A stretch of DNA of 64,000 bases from Utricularia gibba (lineage: Eukaryota; Plantae; Magnoliophyta), in assembly GCA_002189035.1 (NCBI GenBank), contig NEEC01000013.1, forward strand, positions 2,976,001 to 3,040,000. The letters run 5' to 3'. Within the stretch, counting starts at the first letter, position 1. Each line of letters opens with the position of its first letter. The translations under genes were made by a program, and so were the position numbers. A model generated the notes under the pieces. It was not told the origin of the DNA. It saw only the letters and a list, made by a program, of their open reading frames with translations, and searched no databases. Positions 60,193 through 64,000 of this stretch are shown in pieces.

Positions 60193-62149
60193 TCGGTCTG
60201 ATGTGGAATGGAGACCTCAGACGACAACAGAAAAAGCAAAATAAGTAATAAATAGACCGAGGGTTGGATCTTGACCTGCCCATTCTTCCTGGTTTGTTTT
60301 CTTTCTAAAGAGGAGTGAAGTAGATGCATCCATTCTACGTTCTATGGAAGGCAATGGCATGTCATGGCCATCCATGTAAGGTGGTGTTCGCAGATTCCCA
60401 AGGGAGTGGAATTCGACACCCAATTTATATTTATTTAGTAGTTGGCTTTTGCATTGATGTAGTCATGGGAGCCTTGTGAAGTGGAAGATGGGTTCAACTT
60501 CAGAGGAGTGGGGTATCACTATTTGTTGCAGGAATAGAAGTGTTTTTTTTTTCTTTTTGCTTGTTTGTGCGTTTTGGTGGGGCCAATATAAGATGATGCT
60601 CATTGAAACAACACTCCATGGGAGCAAGTTTGGCTGGCAAATTCATCAGAGTCATGGCCATGAGCCCTTTTGCCTACTCAAAACCTTGACAACAGCTCTT
60701 GCAAAGCCCCTGTTTTCAGGTAGCTGGGATGAAGAACTGGGCATCAGAGGAGAAGGCTTGCACTCTTTTTTTGTTGTACATCTTTTGGCATTTTGGCTGA
60801 GGATTTTTCACTTTATGTTGATATGCAGTGCATGTGGTCACTGTGCAGTGGTCTTCGTGGCTAAGAGTCTGAGACAATCAAACCTTGGTTTATTGCAAGG
60901 GAAAGTCTCTTTGTTGCCTGGCCAAAAGTAGGCCTCCTTGTGTAATGGCCTCTGTGGCCGATCTTTTCACTTGCCACCTAATCCATTTACTTGTACTAAC
61001 GACTAAGCATGAAACCCTAAATTCACGACCCGCGGACCCGGACAACGTGTGAACGATCCAAACCTTCTTACCAACAGTCAAAAAGGTGGTTTGGTGTCAA
61101 ATGTTTTTTGTCATGCAAGTCTATTCTTGGAATTACTATTCTACCCTTTGACAACACTAGAGGAGAAAGGGTCCGGTCCCGATTACCATTCAGAACGACA
61201 CCGCAGTATCTTTTTCTCGGAAACGCTCTTACTAGGAATTGAGGGAGTTTGATTAACTTAGACAAAAGAAGAGTGGGGTGCATTCAAAAGAGGGAGGTTT
61301 TCAGTTGTTGGGAATGGAATCGCGGGTATCCCTCTCATCCGAATGTACAATTTGTCCAGTTGGGGTGAAGAGAACACCCCTAGTGCTGAAGGTGGCAGGT
61401 TCTCTTCCAAATGCCATTATTTTTGTGTGATTGCGGATCCTCCCAAGTGAGCAACACTACAACGCTTTACTGGTACTGCAGGCTTTAAAGGGAACAAACA
61501 CAGAATTAGGAGCCGTAGCGAGCCACCTGGATACATCCATTGAACTCGTCGCCCGTTCTTGAAATCATCGGTCCTGGTTCTTAGATTTCAATCAATTACA
61601 GCGCGGTTAAACATCACCCAAGGCGCGCATTCATGTGGTATGGTGATCGAAGGATGAATATACGCTATCCCTCTTTCATACTTTGTTCAAGCTGATTGAG
61701 GAAAGATAGGTTGGTGTACAAATGTTTGGTGCTGCAGGGAGGGGTTTGGTCGAAGAAGCTGGATGGAGTTAATGTTACCATGGTTTGACAACAGGAAGAG
61801 CATCTGTGCACGGTGATCTCTATCGACCCTGCTTTTGTTTCTGTAAATTTTGACTTTTTCATAGGAACCTATAAAGGGGTTGGGATCCATAAACGGAATC
61901 CACAGTAGTCTTATCCCGAAAAGCCATGAAAACCTTTTGTCCTTCCCCATGAAACTCAAGCATGTGAGGGAGGGACACACCAGGAGAGGAGGAGCGTTCT
62001 TCACCAACTCCCATATCTCTTTATCCAACACATGGAAATCTGCATTCCCACAGTGAGAAAAAACCGCATTGGTGGCATTCCATCGGCTTTTGAGCGGATT
62101 GAAATACACCCCACAGGGCACACCATATGATGAAATATGGGTTGTAGTG

Positions 62150-62900
62150 TAGTGGATCTCCGAGTCGTAAACTGCTTAGTTGTCGGGTTTGGCACCTGCG
62201 ATGGATATATTCCCAACACTATATCCTCATTGGTCGTGACACTTTATGCTTTCCATCTGATTTTTCTCGCCTTTCCAGCAAAGAGAAAATGGTTTTTTTC
62301 CCCTTTGGATTCCATGAGAAAGTAGATGGCTAAAGGGAAACCTAAAGAGATGTGGACTGTGGAGTCATAGCACCATAGTTATGGGGTGGAGCGTGTGACT
62401 GGGCTATCCAACCAGGAAGCATGTGCCTAATTGCATGATTGGCTTTGTATTGCGCACGTTCCTTTGTTGAAAGATAGTCACCAATCATCAGTCGCGCTTC
62501 ACAAGTTTTCTGCACCACAAATCCAATCTTTTAAGTCCCGAATTCTATCAGCCCCTTTCCTAACACGAAACTGTTGTCCAAGAATATTTCCATTAGCATC
62601 CAAAGAGTGGATCACTATAATCATCAAAGCATGTGCCCAAAAACATGCCCGAATTTCCCTCTTCTCCTTGGCTTTGCCTGTTTCTTCTTCTACTTCATGC
62701 CTTGATCGCAACAAGCAACTAGACTCTTCTTTCTTCCCAGTCTTTTGAATTGTCTCTTGAGGTGGCTCAGCTTACTCCTAATTAATCTTCGTTCTTCCCA
62801 GTCTTTAAAGTGATTCCATGGCTCGTCCCCCGACAGCCATCCTGTGCTTGTCCCTGTCAGAGAGCCTCGGACTCTTGCCCCAGATCGCGGAATCCAAACC
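62150..62900 (-). mobile_element. Probable highly degenerate LINE (L1-like) ORF2 relic
   Basis: Broken minus-strand frames resemble L1 ORF2 segments: SKLSHLKRQFK(D)W (cf. KLK.LK..LK.W), FWAHA...IHSLDANGN (cf. FFHA...I..L...NG) and LAIYFLM...HFLFAG..KIRWK...LGI (cf. post-RT LPIY.MS..FLW.G...W...GGLGI). No RT core seen. Confidence 0.4.
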
Positions 62901-63406
62901 GGTACTGCGGCCTGCGACGCCACAACACAGCGGTATGGCCCAATCCCGTGTAATGGCCCAGATTTTGCAGGGACCCAGCAGGAATTTTGGCCCACTTATC
63001 TTCAATGCTCAACGCCCAGAGCTACCTCCACCTACCTTACCCTAAATTTATAAACTTTTATGATATGATATTAAGATAAAAATATGTATTGTAATACTTA
63101 AAATTCAAATGGATAGTTACTAAATGTTAAAAATAAATTTTAATTCAAAACTTAAAATAGTCACTCATAATAAAAAAAAAAACTAATAAAAAAGGACTCG
63201 TTTAATTTAATATTATTTCATTACCACACAGCCCTCACCTCGGAATACGCATCATAAATTTATTATTATTATTGTTATTATTAGTATTGTAGTGATAATT
63301 TTTAAAATAAAATATTTCTTCTGTGCATTTTGTATTTAATAATATTTGGAGAGTTTTATGTGGTGGACATCCCCAGAGTTCATTGAAGGGCCTGGGCCTT
63401 TCCGAT

Positions 63407-63432
63407 TCTCTCTCTCTCTCTCTCTCTCTCTC
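63407..63432. repeat. (TC)13 microsatellite upstream of the NHL gene
   Basis: Direct reading of the sequence. Confidence 0.9.
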
Positions 63433-63622
63433 CCCGTGAAAGATCAGTTGCTTTTTTGTTGCTTTCGCTTTTCTTTTTTTTTCCGCCCTTGCGTGCGTTT
63501 TTCTTTTCATAGAGAATCTCTAAACCCAGGAAAGCGTTATTCCCGGTTGCTTTCTGGGTTGAAGGGTTTAAGCGAGACTGAAAATGCTGAGCGAGATGCT
63601 TTGTTTTTGAACTGGTTTGGGG

Positions 63623-63915
63623 ATGGCAATGAATGCTGATAAACATGTGTTCTTCATTCTTCTGTTCACTTTTCTCATCTTTTCGAATGGCGTGTACTCT
63701 CTTACTGCTTCGTCCTCGCCCGTTAGTAAGTAATGATGAACTAATGATTGATTTGGTTTTGAGAGTGTGCCTCTCCATTGCTGCTTTGAGTCCGATTGAC
63801 GGGGATTGTTTTTGTAATGATTTTTTTTTGGCAGGAATCGTTGATGGGTATTTGTCCGGTGCACTTTCTCTGCTGATGAAATGGGTTCCTTCGTTAAAGA
63901 GCAGGCCCAGAATTT
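63623..63915 (+). CDS. 5' part (exons 1-2) of an NHL-repeat membrane protein gene (At1g70280-like); continues beyond the window
   Basis: Exon 63623-63725 (signal peptide MAMNADKHVFFILLFTFLIFSNGVYS..SSSPV) splices in phase 1 to 63835-63915 RIVDGYLSGALSLLMKWVPSLKS, resembling recalled KIV.G..SN..S.L.KW.WSLK. Confidence 0.75.
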
Positions 63916-64000
63916 GTATACAGCGCCTTCTCCCTGTTTGCCTTTTTGAATCTTTTGCGGGATCATGTTTTTGTTTCGCGTCCCTCACTATTTGTTTGTT

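Overview
Eukaryotic nuclear DNA from a flowering plant (eudicot): spliceosomal GT-AG/GC-AG introns and typical angiosperm gene families. It is extremely gene-dense: about 25 protein-coding genes plus 2 pseudogenes in 64 kb, with mostly 70-130 bp introns and almost no transposon sequence. This suggests a miniature genome; a Lentibulariaceae-like (Utricularia/Genlisea) source is my inference, not shown. Genes in order: CIB/bHLH49-like bHLH, BIM2-like bHLH, BASL/gar2-related protein, CRABS CLAW, four-finger C2H2-EAR protein, decayed LRR gene, nodulin-related protein, isopentenyl phosphate kinase, a multi-pass membrane protein, VTI1 SNARE, a beta-propeller glycoside-hydrolase-like protein, intronless aminoacylase-1, S-like RNase T2, F-box/kelch, PRE/ILI HLH, a plastid bPH_2 protein, a PBL (RLCK-VII) kinase, an ESS2/DGCR14 fragment, VDAC, HD-Zip I, a CRR28-like PPR-DYW, HIPL1, a type-A response regulator, an uncharacterised secreted protein, DCC oxidoreductase, cyclin D1, a probable LINE relic and the 5' end of an NHL-repeat gene. 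Best leads: (1) an 11 x 36-bp coding minisatellite giving the PBL kinase a Cys/RxxT repeat tail; (2) a permuted papain-like (NlpC/P60) catalytic signature in the uncharacterised secreted protein; (3) footprints of genome contraction (deletion-riddled pseudogenes, an imprecise intron loss leaving a translated splice donor); (4) an intronless, signal-peptide-bearing aminoacylase next to RNase T2; (5) a CRR28-like editing factor ending DVW. Three otherwise intact genes each need +1 base at a G/C run, which points to long-read consensus errors. No tRNA, rRNA or CRISPR array was found. All family assignments come from manual translation and recalled homologue sequences; no database search was run.
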